A DNA stretch of 64,000 nt from Spirochaetia bacterium (GTDB lineage Bacteria; Spirochaetota; Spirochaetia; DSM-2461). Below are positions 1 through 9,445 of this stretch, piece by piece. A program made the position numbers and the translations under genes. The stretch spans positions 5,312,001 to 5,376,000 of the forward strand of contig OY764216.1 of NCBI GenBank assembly GCA_963668315.1, given 5' to 3'. Under the pieces are notes generated by a model. It was not told the DNA's origin and did no database searches. It worked only from the letters and a program-made list of their open reading frames with translations. How positions within the stretch are numbered: position 1 is the first letter of the stretch; each line of letters starts with the position of its first letter.

Positions 1-933
1 ATCGTAGCAGGTAACGACCTGGTTTCCGCAGAGGTTATCGCTAAGGCTCTTCCCAAAGACTCCATCCACGGAAGATTCCCCGTTGAGGTTTCCCTTGAGA
101 GCGAGAATGTTATCAAGATCGGCGATCACAAAGTAACTGTTTATGCAGAGAAAGACGCAAACAACATCCCCTGGGCAAAACATGGTGTTGACGTAGTTTT
201 CGAGTGTACCGGTTTCTACCTGAGCACAGAAAAAGCGACCGCTCACCTCAACGCCGGTGCTAAGAAAGTTATCGTTTCCGCTCCCTGTAGCGACGACACC
301 AAAACCATCGTTATCGGTGTTAACGCCGACGACCTGACCGGTGCCGAGAAAGTTGTTTCCAACGCTTCCTGTACCACCAACTGTCTGGCCCCCATGACCA
401 AGGCAATTGATGCTTCTTACGAAATCATTTCCGGTCTGATGTGTACCACTCATGCCGCTACCGCTACCCAGAGAGTCGCAGACTTCTTCGGCGGTGCCAA
501 GAACAGAGCTACCCTGAACAACATCATCCCCGCTTCCACCGGTGCTGCCAAAGCTGTAGGTAAGGTTCTTCCCCACCTCAACGGCAAACTGAACGGTACC
601 GCTCTCCGCGTACCCACCGACACCGGCTCCGTAGTAGAAGTTGTATACCTGCTCAAGGGCAAGGTTACGGCCGCTGAGCTGATTGCCGCCATGAAGAAAA
701 ACGCTGCAGCCATCAATGCCCAGTCCCCCACCGGAAACGTTCTGTATGTAGGTGACTACTACGAATGTTCACAGGACTGTGTCGGCGAGCCCTTCACTTC
801 CATGGTATGTGATGACAACGTAGTTGTTGTTGAAGCCGGCGAAAATACTCAGGTTAAGCTGACTTCCTACTATGACAACGAAATGGGATTCTCCAACAGA
901 ATGGCTGAGCTTGCTCAGATTCTGATGAAATAA
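1..933 (+). CDS. gap: Type I glyceraldehyde-3-phosphate dehydrogenase (5' end outside window)
   Basis: Frame +1 is open from base 1 (IVAGNDL...DSIHGRF...ECTGF...SAP...SNASCTTNCLAP...STGAAKAV...RVPT...YDNEMGFSNR); catalytic ASCTTNC motif. Confidence 0.97.
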   Translation: MVAGNDLVSAEVIAKALPKDSIHGRFPVEVSLESENVIKIGDHKVTVYAEKDANNIPWAKHGVDVVFECTGFYLSTEKATAHLNAGAKKVIVSAPCSDDTKTIVIGVNADDLTGAEKVVSNASCTTNCLAPMTKAIDASYEIISGLMCTTHAATATQRVADFFGGAKNRATLNNIIPASTGAAKAVGKVLPHLNGKLNGTALRVPTDTGSVVEVVYLLKGKVTAAELIAAMKKNAAAINAQSPTGNVLYVGDYYECSQDCVGEPFTSMVCDDNVVVVEAGENTQVKLTSYYDNEMGFSNRMAELAQILMK

Positions 934-954
934 TCCATCCTTAACAGGATTTTC

Positions 955-981
955 AAAGCCTCCCTCCGGGGAGGTTTTTTT
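955..981 (+). terminator. Rho-independent terminator after gap
   Basis: GCCTCCC-TCCG-GGGAGGT hairpin followed by T-run. Confidence 0.85.
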
Positions 982-996
982 GTAGGAGGTGAAGTT

Positions 997-1215
997 ATGA
1001 ATTGTCCCGAATGCCAAGGAAAGCTCGAGGGCGGCGGCAACAGTTATACCTGCGCGCAGTGCGGTACCGACTGGCACGTGGATTTTGCCTGCGAAGTCTG
1101 CCATGAAAAGCCCGAGCAGGAATCCCACTGCGGCGCCGTCAGTTTTTTCTGCCGCAGCTGCAAAAAGCTGAAGTCCCGGGAAACCATGGAGAAAACCTTT
1201 TCCCGGGAAGAATAA
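997..1215 (+). CDS. YfgJ-like double zinc-ribbon protein
   Basis: Four CxxC pairs plus HCGAVSFFC motif; AGGAGG SD upstream. Confidence 0.8.
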   Translation: MNCPECQGKLEGGGNSYTCAQCGTDWHVDFACEVCHEKPEQESHCGAVSFFCRSCKKLKSRETMEKTFSREE

Positions 1216-1222
1216 TGTACCC

Positions 1223-1690
1223 ATGACAAAAACAAATGCCCTGAGACTTCTGGAAAGCAGAAAAATACCCTTTGAAACCATGACCTATGAAGTGGATGAG
1301 ACGGATCTGAGCGCCCGGGCTCTGTCGGAAAAATCCGGCATTGAGGGTGACCGGATTTTCAAGACTCTGGTTCTGCAGGGAGCGTCGGGCTCTTATTTCG
1401 TCTGCGTTATTCCCGGTACCTCTGAACTGGATCTGAAAAAAGCGGCCAGAGCCTCGGGGGAGAAAAAAGCCGATCTTATTCCCATGAAAGATCTTCTCCC
1501 CCTGACCGGATATATAAGGGGCGGATGCTCGCCGATCGGCATGAAAAAGAGTTTTCCCACCTATATCGATGAAACATGCGGCCTTTACGAAACGATTTAC
1601 ATCAGCGCCGGAAAGAGGGGCATGCAGCTTCTTATCGCGCCGGATGATCTGGCCTCCCTGTCGGAAGCCACCGTTACCGATCTGGTTTAA
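1223..1690 (+). CDS. ybaK: Cys-tRNA(Pro) deacylase YbaK/EbsC
   Basis: KTNALRLL N-terminus, IFKTLV, TGYIRGGCSPIGMK, SAGKRG motifs. Confidence 0.93.
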   Translation: MTKTNALRLLESRKIPFETMTYEVDETDLSARALSEKSGIEGDRIFKTLVLQGASGSYFVCVIPGTSELDLKKAARASGEKKADLIPMKDLLPLTGYIRGGCSPIGMKKSFPTYIDETCGLYETIYISAGKRGMQLLIAPDDLASLSEATVTDLV

Positions 1691-1693
1691 CCG

Positions 1694-2323
1694 CTAAAAC
1701 CGGAAGATCAGGTCCACCCCGCAATTCCGTCCCAGCTCGATTCTTCCATGTTCCTCCTTCCAATCCCCGCCGATATTATCGCGGTAACGAGCCAATCCGT
1801 AGTCGTATGTGACCAATTCTCCCCGCCATCTGACCATAAAGTGTCTGGAACAGCGTACATCAAGAGTAGCGGGCAGTGCGTAATGAAAGGCATATGCCAG
1901 ATAATCTTCATAGCCATAAAAACTCTCGCCTTCCGGTCTTGCCGAGTAAGTGCAGCCGAAAACAACGGCGAGCCCCGCGGAGAAAGGGCCGCTTGATACC
2001 AGGCTTTTGTTAAGGCCGGCAAACAGCCCCAGCTTTAATTGGCGGTAACCCTCTTCATACTCGGGGGCAATATTATCCCCGTCGGCACTTAAGGCAAAAC
2101 CAATGGTTCCTCCCAGAGAAAGATCCCAGCCATGGGGCATAAAACGGTACCACTTAAGTCCCGTTTCCACTTCGGCGAGTTCAGCGCTGTAATCCTCCGC
2201 AAAAGTACTGTCCTCAAGTGAGCCATAGTTCATCTCCAGAATCAATCCCAGACCGTTCTCTCCGGCGAATACAGGCAGAAACATCAAGGCAAATAAAACT
2301 GTGAAAAATATTGATTTCTTCAT
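1694..2323 (-). CDS. Hypothetical secreted protein, possible outer-membrane beta-barrel
   Basis: Signal peptide (..PVFA|G), alternating amphipathic segments, C-terminal VDLIFRF. Confidence 0.6.
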   Translation of the reverse strand: MKKSIFFTVLFALMFLPVFAGENGLGLILEMNYGSLEDSTFAEDYSAELAEVETGLKWYRFMPHGWDLSLGGTIGFALSADGDNIAPEYEEGYRQLKLGLFAGLNKSLVSSGPFSAGLAVVFGCTYSARPEGESFYGYEDYLAYAFHYALPATLDVRCSRHFMVRWRGELVTYDYGLARYRDNIGGDWKEEHGRIELGRNCGVDLIFRF

Positions 2324-2475
2324 GATTAAGACTTCCCCCTATCTACGGGGAGCGTTTTTTGTTCATTTTTCCCCAGAAACAGGAATATTTTTCCTTTTAT
2401 TCCCCCTTACCAGCTCCGGGTAACGTGATATAATGGATTTGCAATACCGGATTTTATCAAATACAGGAATAACTT

Positions 2476-4290
2476 ATGAATTTCAATAAATTACAATCGG
2501 CACTCTCATCCATGATTCTCTCCGCATCGGGCTGGAGAAAAGTATTTGCCTCCGACGGCAACGAGGAGAGCCTCATTGAATCAATCACAGAGGAGGACAG
2601 ACTTCTGACAGCCGCCATGGCCTCTGTTTTTGCCGATCTGGTTCTGTCGGCGTCCCAGGGCAGTCCGGCCATTTCTCTGGGAATTGACAGCCGCCCTACC
2701 GGACCCGCCATGGCGGCAGCCATGATCCCCGTTTTTTTAAGTAAGGGGCTGGAAGTGCGTTATACGGGAATCTGCGCGGCCCCGGAAATCATGGCATGGA
2801 CAGGAACGGAGGATTCGCTCGACGGCTTCTGTTATATCTCGGCCAGCCATAATCCGGCGGGACACAACGGTGTGAAGTTCGGTTTGGGCGGAGGCGTTAT
2901 AGGAGGCGGCACGGCAGCGGCTCTTATTGATTCATATAAAGCCTTTACCGGAAAGGAAAGCGTCATGGAGGAACTGGAAGCCCTTCTGAGCAGAAGCCCC
3001 ATTGATTCCGTGCAGACTGTCATGGGCAGATGTGAACTGCATAAGACTGCCTCTTTCAGTTCCTATGAAGCCTTTTCCCGCCGGATAGCTTCCGGAAGCG
3101 ATGCGAAAGAGAATCAGGACGCCTTTTTCACCCTGCTGCAGAAGGGAATAAAGACCCGTCCCCTGGGCGTAATAGCCGAATTAAACGGCAGCGCCCGATC
3201 ACTCTCCATAGATAAGACCTACCTCTCCACGCTGGGAATCAAGGTCATGGCTCTTAATGAAACGCCCGGGCGGTTTGTCCACAGAATCGTTCCCGAAGGA
3301 TTTTCCCTGGATCTCTGCCGGGAAGAGCTGGAAAAGGCCCATGCAGAGGACGATTGCTTTCTTTTCGGCTATGTTCCCGACTGCGACGGAGACAGGGGCA
3401 ACATTGTCTATTTTAATGAAAAATCGGGAAAGGCGGAGATTCTGGAGGCTCAGGAGGTATTTGCCCTGTCCGTTCTCTCCGAGCTGACGGGTATCATCTA
3501 TAACGGATTGGATATTTCCCGGACAGCCGTTGCGGCCAACGGCCCCACCAGCATGCGCATCGACCGGATAGCCGCCGCCCTGGGAGCCCAGGTTTTCCGG
3601 GCAGAGGTGGGAGAGGCCAATGTGGTGAATCTGGGAGCGTCCCTCAGGGAGCAGGGGTGGATTGTCCCCATCCTGGGAGAGGGTTCCAACGGGGGAAATA
3701 TCACTTACCCCGCCCAGGTACGCGACCCCTTGAACACCCTTACGGCTCTTATAAAATTGCTTACGCTCACCGACCGGGGTGAAAAGAGAGGCCTTTTTCA
3801 CATCTGGTGCGATCTGTCATCCCAGGAGGAGAAGTACCGGGACGACTTCTCACTGTCCGATATAATCGCCTCCCTCCCCCTCTTCACCACCACTTCCGCC
3901 TTTGAAGAGAGGGCCAAATTTCCCATAAAGACCGGTGATCACGCCGTTCTGAAAGCCCGTTATGAATCGGTTTTTCCTTCCGAATGGGATTCCAGAAAGG
4001 ACGAATTGGCCGATCGCTTCGGCATTACGGGCTGGGAGGAGAGAAACATGGAAGGGACGGAGGAGCGGACCGGTGTGGGAAAAACCTTCCGTTCCGGAGC
4101 TGAAAAGGGAGGATTCAAAATTCTTTTTCATAATGGGAAGGGAGAGTACACCGCCTACGTATGGATGCGGGGCTCCGGTACGGAACCGGTGTTCCGCGTT
4201 CTGGCCGATTGCGAGGGGAGCAGCCCCGAAAGGGAAGCATGGTTTCTCCAATGGCACAAGGAAATTATTACCCGTGCGGATGAAGGCTGA
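2476..4290 (+). CDS. Phosphoglucomutase/phosphomannomutase family protein
   Basis: SASHNP phosphoserine loop, DCDGDR metal loop, RGSGTEP phosphate loop. Confidence 0.92.
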   Translation: MNFNKLQSALSSMILSASGWRKVFASDGNEESLIESITEEDRLLTAAMASVFADLVLSASQGSPAISLGIDSRPTGPAMAAAMIPVFLSKGLEVRYTGICAAPEIMAWTGTEDSLDGFCYISASHNPAGHNGVKFGLGGGVIGGGTAAALIDSYKAFTGKESVMEELEALLSRSPIDSVQTVMGRCELHKTASFSSYEAFSRRIASGSDAKENQDAFFTLLQKGIKTRPLGVIAELNGSARSLSIDKTYLSTLGIKVMALNETPGRFVHRIVPEGFSLDLCREELEKAHAEDDCFLFGYVPDCDGDRGNIVYFNEKSGKAEILEAQEVFALSVLSELTGIIYNGLDISRTAVAANGPTSMRIDRIAAALGAQVFRAEVGEANVVNLGASLREQGWIVPILGEGSNGGNITYPAQVRDPLNTLTALIKLLTLTDRGEKRGLFHIWCDLSSQEEKYRDDFSLSDIIASLPLFTTTSAFEERAKFPIKTGDHAVLKARYESVFPSEWDSRKDELADRFGITGWEERNMEGTEERTGVGKTFRSGAEKGGFKILFHNGKGEYTAYVWMRGSGTEPVFRVLADCEGSSPEREAWFLQWHKEIITRADEG

Positions 4291-4301
4291 TGCGGGTCGG
4301 C

Positions 4302-4330
4302 TTGACTTAATGCGGCCAGCATGGTAAAAA
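4302..4330 (+). promoter_or_regulatory. Sigma70-type promoter of the trpS leader
   Basis: TTGACT-17 nt-TAAAAA with TG immediately upstream of the -10. Confidence 0.6.
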
Positions 4331-4336
4331 TGAATC

Positions 4337-4411
4337 GTGAACAATAGATCAGAACAGAATACGTTCATATCTTGTCTCAATAATATTTCCTGGTGGCGGC
4401 TTTCTATCTAG
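4337..4411 (+). CDS. Trp leader peptide (24 aa, MNNRSEQNTFISCLNNISWWRLSI)
   Basis: GTG-start ORF with tandem TGG TGG codons (4391-4396) overlapping attenuator segment 1. Confidence 0.8.
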   Translation: MNNRSEQNTFISCLNNISWWRLSI

Positions 4412-4460
4412 CCGTCCCCGATTTTGGTTTTAGGCGGCTGAATATTCGGCCGCTTTTTTT
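4395..4460 (+). promoter_or_regulatory. Transcription attenuator (pause, antiterminator and terminator hairpins) upstream of trpS
   Basis: Segment 1 GGCGGCT 4395-4401; segment 2 TAGCCGTC 4409-4416; segment 3 GGCGGCTGAA 4433-4442; segment 4 TTCGGCCGC 4445-4453 followed by T7. Confidence 0.82.
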
Positions 4461-4522
4461 GTCCTTCCTCCGAAGTACAATCACCCTAGGGCCGGATAGG
4501 CCGCGGATGAAGGAGGAAAAAC

Positions 4523-5509
4523 ATGAAAAAGCGTTTGTTCAGCGGCTGCACGCCGTCGGGAAATCTCACTCTGGGTAATTATCTGGGAACGGTACGGGGA
4601 TGGGAAAGAAACCAGGAAACCTGCGACGCCCTTTTTGCCGTTACCGATCTTCACGCTCTGACCGTACCGCGCGACCCGGAGATCCTTCGAAGGAAAAGTC
4701 TTGATTTTCTCTGTCTTTTTATGGCTTGCGGGATAGATCCTCAGAAATCAACCCTTTTCATTCAGTCCCACAATCCCCGCCACTGCGAAGTTTCCTGGAT
4801 TCTCAGCTGTCAGACAGGATGGGGCGAGCTGAGCCGCATGACCCAGTTTAAAAGTAAATCGGCTGCAGACCGGAGGCCAAGCGGCGGGCTGCTGACATAC
4901 CCGGTTCTTATGGCGGCGGACATACTTCTTTACGGTACGGAACTGGTTCCTGTGGGAGAAGACCAGAGGCAGCATATGGAACTGACCCGCCGCCTGGCTA
5001 AGCATTTGAACAGCTGTGCCGGACCGGTTTTTCCCTTGCCGGAGGCAGTGATTCCCCCTTCAACGGGAAGAGTGGCCAATCTTCTCGATCCTACGGCAAA
5101 GATGGATAAATCCCATGATAATAAGGATACCTATATAGCCCTGACCGACACACCCGAAGAGATAAGAAGAAAAATAGGCAAAGCCCGCACCGACTCCAGA
5201 GGGGATTTCGCCATGGATGACAAAGACAGCGGGATCGGCAACCTGGTGCGAATCTATTCAGCTTTGACGGGACTGGGAACGGGTACCATCATATGGGAGT
5301 ATGAGCACAGGGGCTACGGAGCGTTCAAGAGAGATCTGGGAGATATTATCGCGGAGACTCTGACTCCCATCCGGGAAAAGTATAACCGGATTCACAGGGA
5401 AGAGGATTATCTCAAACAGGTTCTTGCCCTGGGAAAGGACAAAGCTCTGGAGAAATCAGAACGGGCATACAAATGTATAAAGGACACCTTCGGGCTTATT
5501 ACCTGTTAA
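4523..5509 (+). CDS. trpS: Tryptophanyl-tRNA synthetase
   Basis: PSGNLTLGNY (HIGH-type), TDLHA, YPVLMAADILLY, VPVGEDQ, KMDKS (KMSKS-type). Confidence 0.95.
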   Translation: MKKRLFSGCTPSGNLTLGNYLGTVRGWERNQETCDALFAVTDLHALTVPRDPEILRRKSLDFLCLFMACGIDPQKSTLFIQSHNPRHCEVSWILSCQTGWGELSRMTQFKSKSAADRRPSGGLLTYPVLMAADILLYGTELVPVGEDQRQHMELTRRLAKHLNSCAGPVFPLPEAVIPPSTGRVANLLDPTAKMDKSHDNKDTYIALTDTPEEIRRKIGKARTDSRGDFAMDDKDSGIGNLVRIYSALTGLGTGTIIWEYEHRGYGAFKRDLGDIIAETLTPIREKYNRIHREEDYLKQVLALGKDKALEKSERAYKCIKDTFGLITC

Positions 5510-6842
5510 TCAGATACTCCAGCACCGGATCTTTCCCTTCCTTGAAATCGGCAAAGGAATAGGTAAGGGGAATATCCGGAGAGATCGGTTCATCCCCTCC
5601 CGGCCGCCTGAAGTATTTGGTGGAATAGAAAATACGGATGCCCGAGCGGGGAAGATTAAAGGAGCGGACTTCTCCGTAATGGGAAGCACCGCCTCCCGTA
5701 GCCTCCCCGATGACAAGGGCGCCGGTCTCTTCTTTGAGGGAGAGGGCATTCAACACGGCGGAGGAATAGGTATGACGCCCCACGGCCACATACAGCCCCC
5801 CCTCGCCTAGAGTCCCGGGATTCCGGGCTATACTGCGGATAAACGGATCCAGCAGGGGAGAACTGCCCCCTCCATTATAGCGGAGATCCACCAGAAGACG
5901 CTCATCCTTTTTCTCCTCCAGAAAGGCCGTCAGCCCGGTAAGAAAATCGTCCAGGGGGGGATTTTTCTGATCACGGCATCTATCGTATTGAAAATAGACG
6001 AGATTTTCTCCGGGATAATATTCATACCAGTACCACTCGCCGGGATGGCTGTATTCCACAAGCCCTTCGGTCAGGGGATACTTATCGCCGAGGGAAAGCA
6101 CTTCCCTGATAGAGGAGAGCTCACTTCCGTCCATCCGAGCCAGCTTATCCTCAATGATGAGGCCGTCCTCTCCTTCGGTCCGGAGGGGAAAAAAGCCGTC
6201 AGTTCCGCTGACACCGGCATAACGGAGATAATCGGCATAACTGAAAGCTCCGAGGCTCCTTAAGCCCAGATCAACCGGATTGTCATGGGAAATCAAGGGA
6301 GAAAGAGCCTTTCTCAGCGAATCTGCCTCTATGCCGCCCATATCCAGTAAACGGGTTCCCAGAAGCGTCCGGTGGGAAGGAAGACAGGAAGCCACGAAGA
6401 TCCCTTCTTCAAACTCACGGAGCCCCAGAATCAGGCGGTCCATGTCCGCCGGGGGGAAAACTCTGGTATGACCGTCTCCGATGAGGGCGATCAGTTCCTT
6501 AATCCCCAGGTACATATCCTGATTGGAAGCCGCGGGAATCCGGGAACGCAAATCTCCTATCTTCTCCCGGAACTCTTCCTCCGTAACAGTATGATAAAGA
6601 TCCTTATGCCTCCTGGCCATTTCCCGGGACAGAAAGGTCAGATCGTGATTCCAGTATCTCAGCCTGTGCCTTTCATCGGCCCTCTCCAGCGACTCCCACT
6701 TTTCGGCAGCCTCCTGATCGGTCATGACGGCGAATTGGGGATTATGAAACTGCCCTATTCGCTTTACGTATCTTACAGCCGGAACAGAACCGGCCAGCAG
6801 CAGCAGGAAAAGAACAGCCGGAATCGCCCTCTTAAGAGACAT
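5499..6842 (-). CDS. S41-family (tail-specific protease-like) secreted peptidase
   Basis: Signal peptide, DGHT, VDLRYNGGG, TYSSA, IGEATGG motifs. Confidence 0.8.
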   Translation of the reverse strand: MSLKRAIPAVLFLLLLAGSVPAVRYVKRIGQFHNPQFAVMTDQEAAEKWESLERADERHRLRYWNHDLTFLSREMARRHKDLYHTVTEEEFREKIGDLRSRIPAASNQDMYLGIKELIALIGDGHTRVFPPADMDRLILGLREFEEGIFVASCLPSHRTLLGTRLLDMGGIEADSLRKALSPLISHDNPVDLGLRSLGAFSYADYLRYAGVSGTDGFFPLRTEGEDGLIIEDKLARMDGSELSSIREVLSLGDKYPLTEGLVEYSHPGEWYWYEYYPGENLVYFQYDRCRDQKNPPLDDFLTGLTAFLEEKKDERLLVDLRYNGGGSSPLLDPFIRSIARNPGTLGEGGLYVAVGRHTYSSAVLNALSLKEETGALVIGEATGGGASHYGEVRSFNLPRSGIRIFYSTKYFRRPGGDEPISPDIPLTYSFADFKEGKDPVLEYLINR

Positions 6843-7479
6843 ACCCGGCCAGTTCCACAGTCTTGTTCAGAACCCGGCAGGCACCGGCGGCGGATAACTG
6901 CTCCGGGGTAAAGGAAGAGCTGATCCCCCAGCAGTCGCAACCGGCGGCGCTGGCTGCTTCGGCGCCGTTCAGGGCGTCTTCCATGACAAGGCAGTCGGCC
7001 GGGTTCTCTCCCAGCCTCTCGCAGGCGGTTCGATAGATCTCGGGATCGGGTTTCTTTTTAACCACGTCGTCTCCGCCCAGAACCGTATGGAAAAGAGCCT
7101 TGTCGATTCCGGCCGCTTTGAGATTGGCATTGATCTTTATATGGTCGGCGCTGCTGGCGAGCGCCAGTTTATACCCCCGGCGGCGGAGTTCCGCCAGCAT
7201 GGCCGGTACTCCTTCGAAAAGGCCGATTCTGTCGTCCACCATCTCGAGATAGATCTGATAGACCCGGTCTTTCATCTCCTTCTTATACTCAACCCCGTAT
7301 TTTCCCGCCACACCGCCGATATACCGGTCTTCTCCGGCACCGACGAAGGGAACAAAGTCCTCGGGCTGCGCATCCACGCCGTACTCTTTCAGACCGGCGA
7401 TGGCCGCCGCTTCAATAACCGGTTCAGAATCGACAAGAACCCCATCCATATCAAAGATGAGGGAAGTATAGATTTTCAT
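6832..7479 (-). CDS. HAD-family phosphatase (beta-phosphoglucomutase-like)
   Basis: FDMDGVLVDSE, ASS, KKKPDP, EDALNG motifs. Confidence 0.92.
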   Translation of the reverse strand: MKIYTSLIFDMDGVLVDSEPVIEAAAIAGLKEYGVDAQPEDFVPFVGAGEDRYIGGVAGKYGVEYKKEMKDRVYQIYLEMVDDRIGLFEGVPAMLAELRRRGYKLALASSADHIKINANLKAAGIDKALFHTVLGGDDVVKKKPDPEIYRTACERLGENPADCLVMEDALNGAEAASAAGCDCWGISSSFTPEQLSAAGACRVLNKTVELAGYVS

Positions 7480-7502
7480 ATATCTGCTCCCTGTGGGAAA
7501 TA

Positions 7503-8045
7503 TTAACCGTTTGTGCTCAGAAAATCCCAGATCAGCTGCAGGTTTTCCTCGGGCGACGCTTCATCCAGATTGATGACAAGATCGGCGATCTGCCTGTTCA
7601 GGCTGTCCCGCCTGAGATAGATTTCATGAAAGTCCTCCCGCGGATGCTCCTCGGAGAGGAAAGGGGGCCTGCCCTTCGCCATGATTCTCCCGTAGAGCAG
7701 TTCCTCGGGCAGATAGAGATAGACAACGCTTCCCTCTTCTCTTAAGAGGGACATGGCTTCATCATTCTCGATGGTTCCTCCCCCCAGGGAGATAACCGCC
7801 TGCTTGGTTCCCGGATTAAATCTCTTGAGAACGCCGCGGACCGCTTCGGTCTCAAGTTCCCTTAACCTCTCCACTCCTTCGGCACGGAACAGATCCCGGA
7901 CCGTGGCGTAATGATTAGCCGCCGGCGTATTTAGAACAAGCTGATCCAGATCATACCAGGCACATCCTTTCCTGTTGGCCAGCATATTGCCGAGAGTCGT
8001 TTTACCGCAATGTTTTATTCCGCTGAGAACGAGTGTTTTACGCAT
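7503..8045 (-). CDS. aroK: Shikimate kinase
   Basis: GIKHCGKTT P-loop, DLD, SLGGG, GRPPF lid; start placed at the second Met (8045) on promoter geometry. Confidence 0.85.
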   Translation of the reverse strand: MRKTLVLSGIKHCGKTTLGNMLANRKGCAWYDLDQLVLNTPAANHYATVRDLFRAEGVERLRELETEAVRGVLKRFNPGTKQAVISLGGGTIENDEAMSLLREEGSVVYLYLPEELLYGRIMAKGRPPFLSEEHPREDFHEIYLRRDSLNRQIADLVINLDEASPEENLQLIWDFLSTNG

Positions 8046-8217
8046 AGGATATAATGGCATTTTTAATAGAACAGTTCAAGATGATAAGCATATAATTGGC
8101 CGCCGGGTTCATAAAAGAGTCTCCTCCCCCTGATCCGGTCTCCTCTTTTTTCCTCCGGAGCCGGTTCCGGCTTGACGAAAAAGTAAAAATAGATTTTTCT
8201 TTAGAGAGGGGGATCCC

Positions 8218-9423
8218 ATGTCTTTTTTCGTTTCATCCGACGAATGCCGCACAAGATTAAACGGCTTCAGGGATATCATGGACAGAGAATGTCCCGACTG
8301 GGAGATGGCTCTAATTCTGGACAGGGTCAATCAGTTTTACTTCACCGGGACAATGCAGGACGGCTTTCTGGCGGTAACCAGGGAGGGAGAACCGGTCTAC
8401 TGGGTCCGCCGAAGCCTGGAAAGGGCCCGGGATGAATCGCCCCTGAAAGAGATACGCCCCATGGACAGCTACCGCCGGGCCGCATCGGCCTATGAAAGGG
8501 TTCCCGAAAAGATCTACCTGGAAAAGGAGATCGTCCCTCTGGCGGTTGAGGAAAGACTGGCCCGCGCCTTCCGATTCAGGGAAACGGCCGGCATGGACCG
8601 GCAGCTTCTGAAACTCCGGGCGGTGAAATCCCCCCGGGAAAGATCCCTGATAGAGGAATCGGGAAAACGTCACCGCGAACTGCTGGAAATCCGGGTACCC
8701 ACCCTTCTTGAAGAGGGAATGAGCGAGATGGATTTCGCTTCCCGCCTTTTCCCCGAGATGATCAGCCTCGGTTATCACGGCATATCCCGCTTCTCCATGT
8801 TCCAGTCCGAAATTGTCATGGGGCAGATCGGATTCGGAGAGAACAGCAGTTATCCTTCGAGTTTCAACGGTCCGGGAGGGAACCGGGGTCAGCATGCCGC
8901 GGCTCCCCTTCTGGGTGATCCTGCACGCAAACTGTGCCCGGGCGATATGGTATTCGCCGATATAGGGTTCGGGTTCGAGGGATATCACTCCGACCATACC
9001 ATGACTTACCTTTACAGGGGTTCCCTTACCCCGGAAGCCAGGCTCTTCCATGACTACTGCGTTGTTCTGAGAGACCGACTGGCCTCCCGTCTCCGTCCTG
9101 GTGAAATACCTTCGGATATCTATCTGGATACCATGGAAGAGATAGCCCGGGAGGCTCCTGCGGGATTCACCGACTGCTTCATGGGCCGCAGGGGAAGCCA
9201 GGTAAAATTTCTGGGACACGGGGTGGGACTGCATATAGATGAGTACCCGGTCATAGCGAAAGGGTTCGACGAACCGCTTGAGGAAAATATGATTATCGCC
9301 CTGGAACCGAAATGCGCTGTAAACGGCGTTGGGACAGTCGGGGTTGAAGACACATTCGCCGTTACACCCGAGGGGGGGCTCTGCCTTACCGGAGGCGGAC
9401 CGGGAATGATTGAAATACCATAG
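8218..9423 (+). CDS. M24-family Xaa-Pro aminopeptidase
   Basis: DIG..GYHSD, GHGVGLHIDEYP, ALEPK, GVEDT metal ligands. Confidence 0.92.
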   Translation: MSFFVSSDECRTRLNGFRDIMDRECPDWEMALILDRVNQFYFTGTMQDGFLAVTREGEPVYWVRRSLERARDESPLKEIRPMDSYRRAASAYERVPEKIYLEKEIVPLAVEERLARAFRFRETAGMDRQLLKLRAVKSPRERSLIEESGKRHRELLEIRVPTLLEEGMSEMDFASRLFPEMISLGYHGISRFSMFQSEIVMGQIGFGENSSYPSSFNGPGGNRGQHAAAPLLGDPARKLCPGDMVFADIGFGFEGYHSDHTMTYLYRGSLTPEARLFHDYCVVLRDRLASRLRPGEIPSDIYLDTMEEIAREAPAGFTDCFMGRRGSQVKFLGHGVGLHIDEYPVIAKGFDEPLEENMIIALEPKCAVNGVGTVGVEDTFAVTPEGGLCLTGGGPGMIEIP

Positions 9424-9445
9424 AGGAACCGGGAGGAGGAGTTAG

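Noticed and set aside
4330..4520. T-box riboswitch for trpS
   Set aside because: No GGTGGNACCGCG T-box or stem I motifs; the leader-peptide attenuator explains the region
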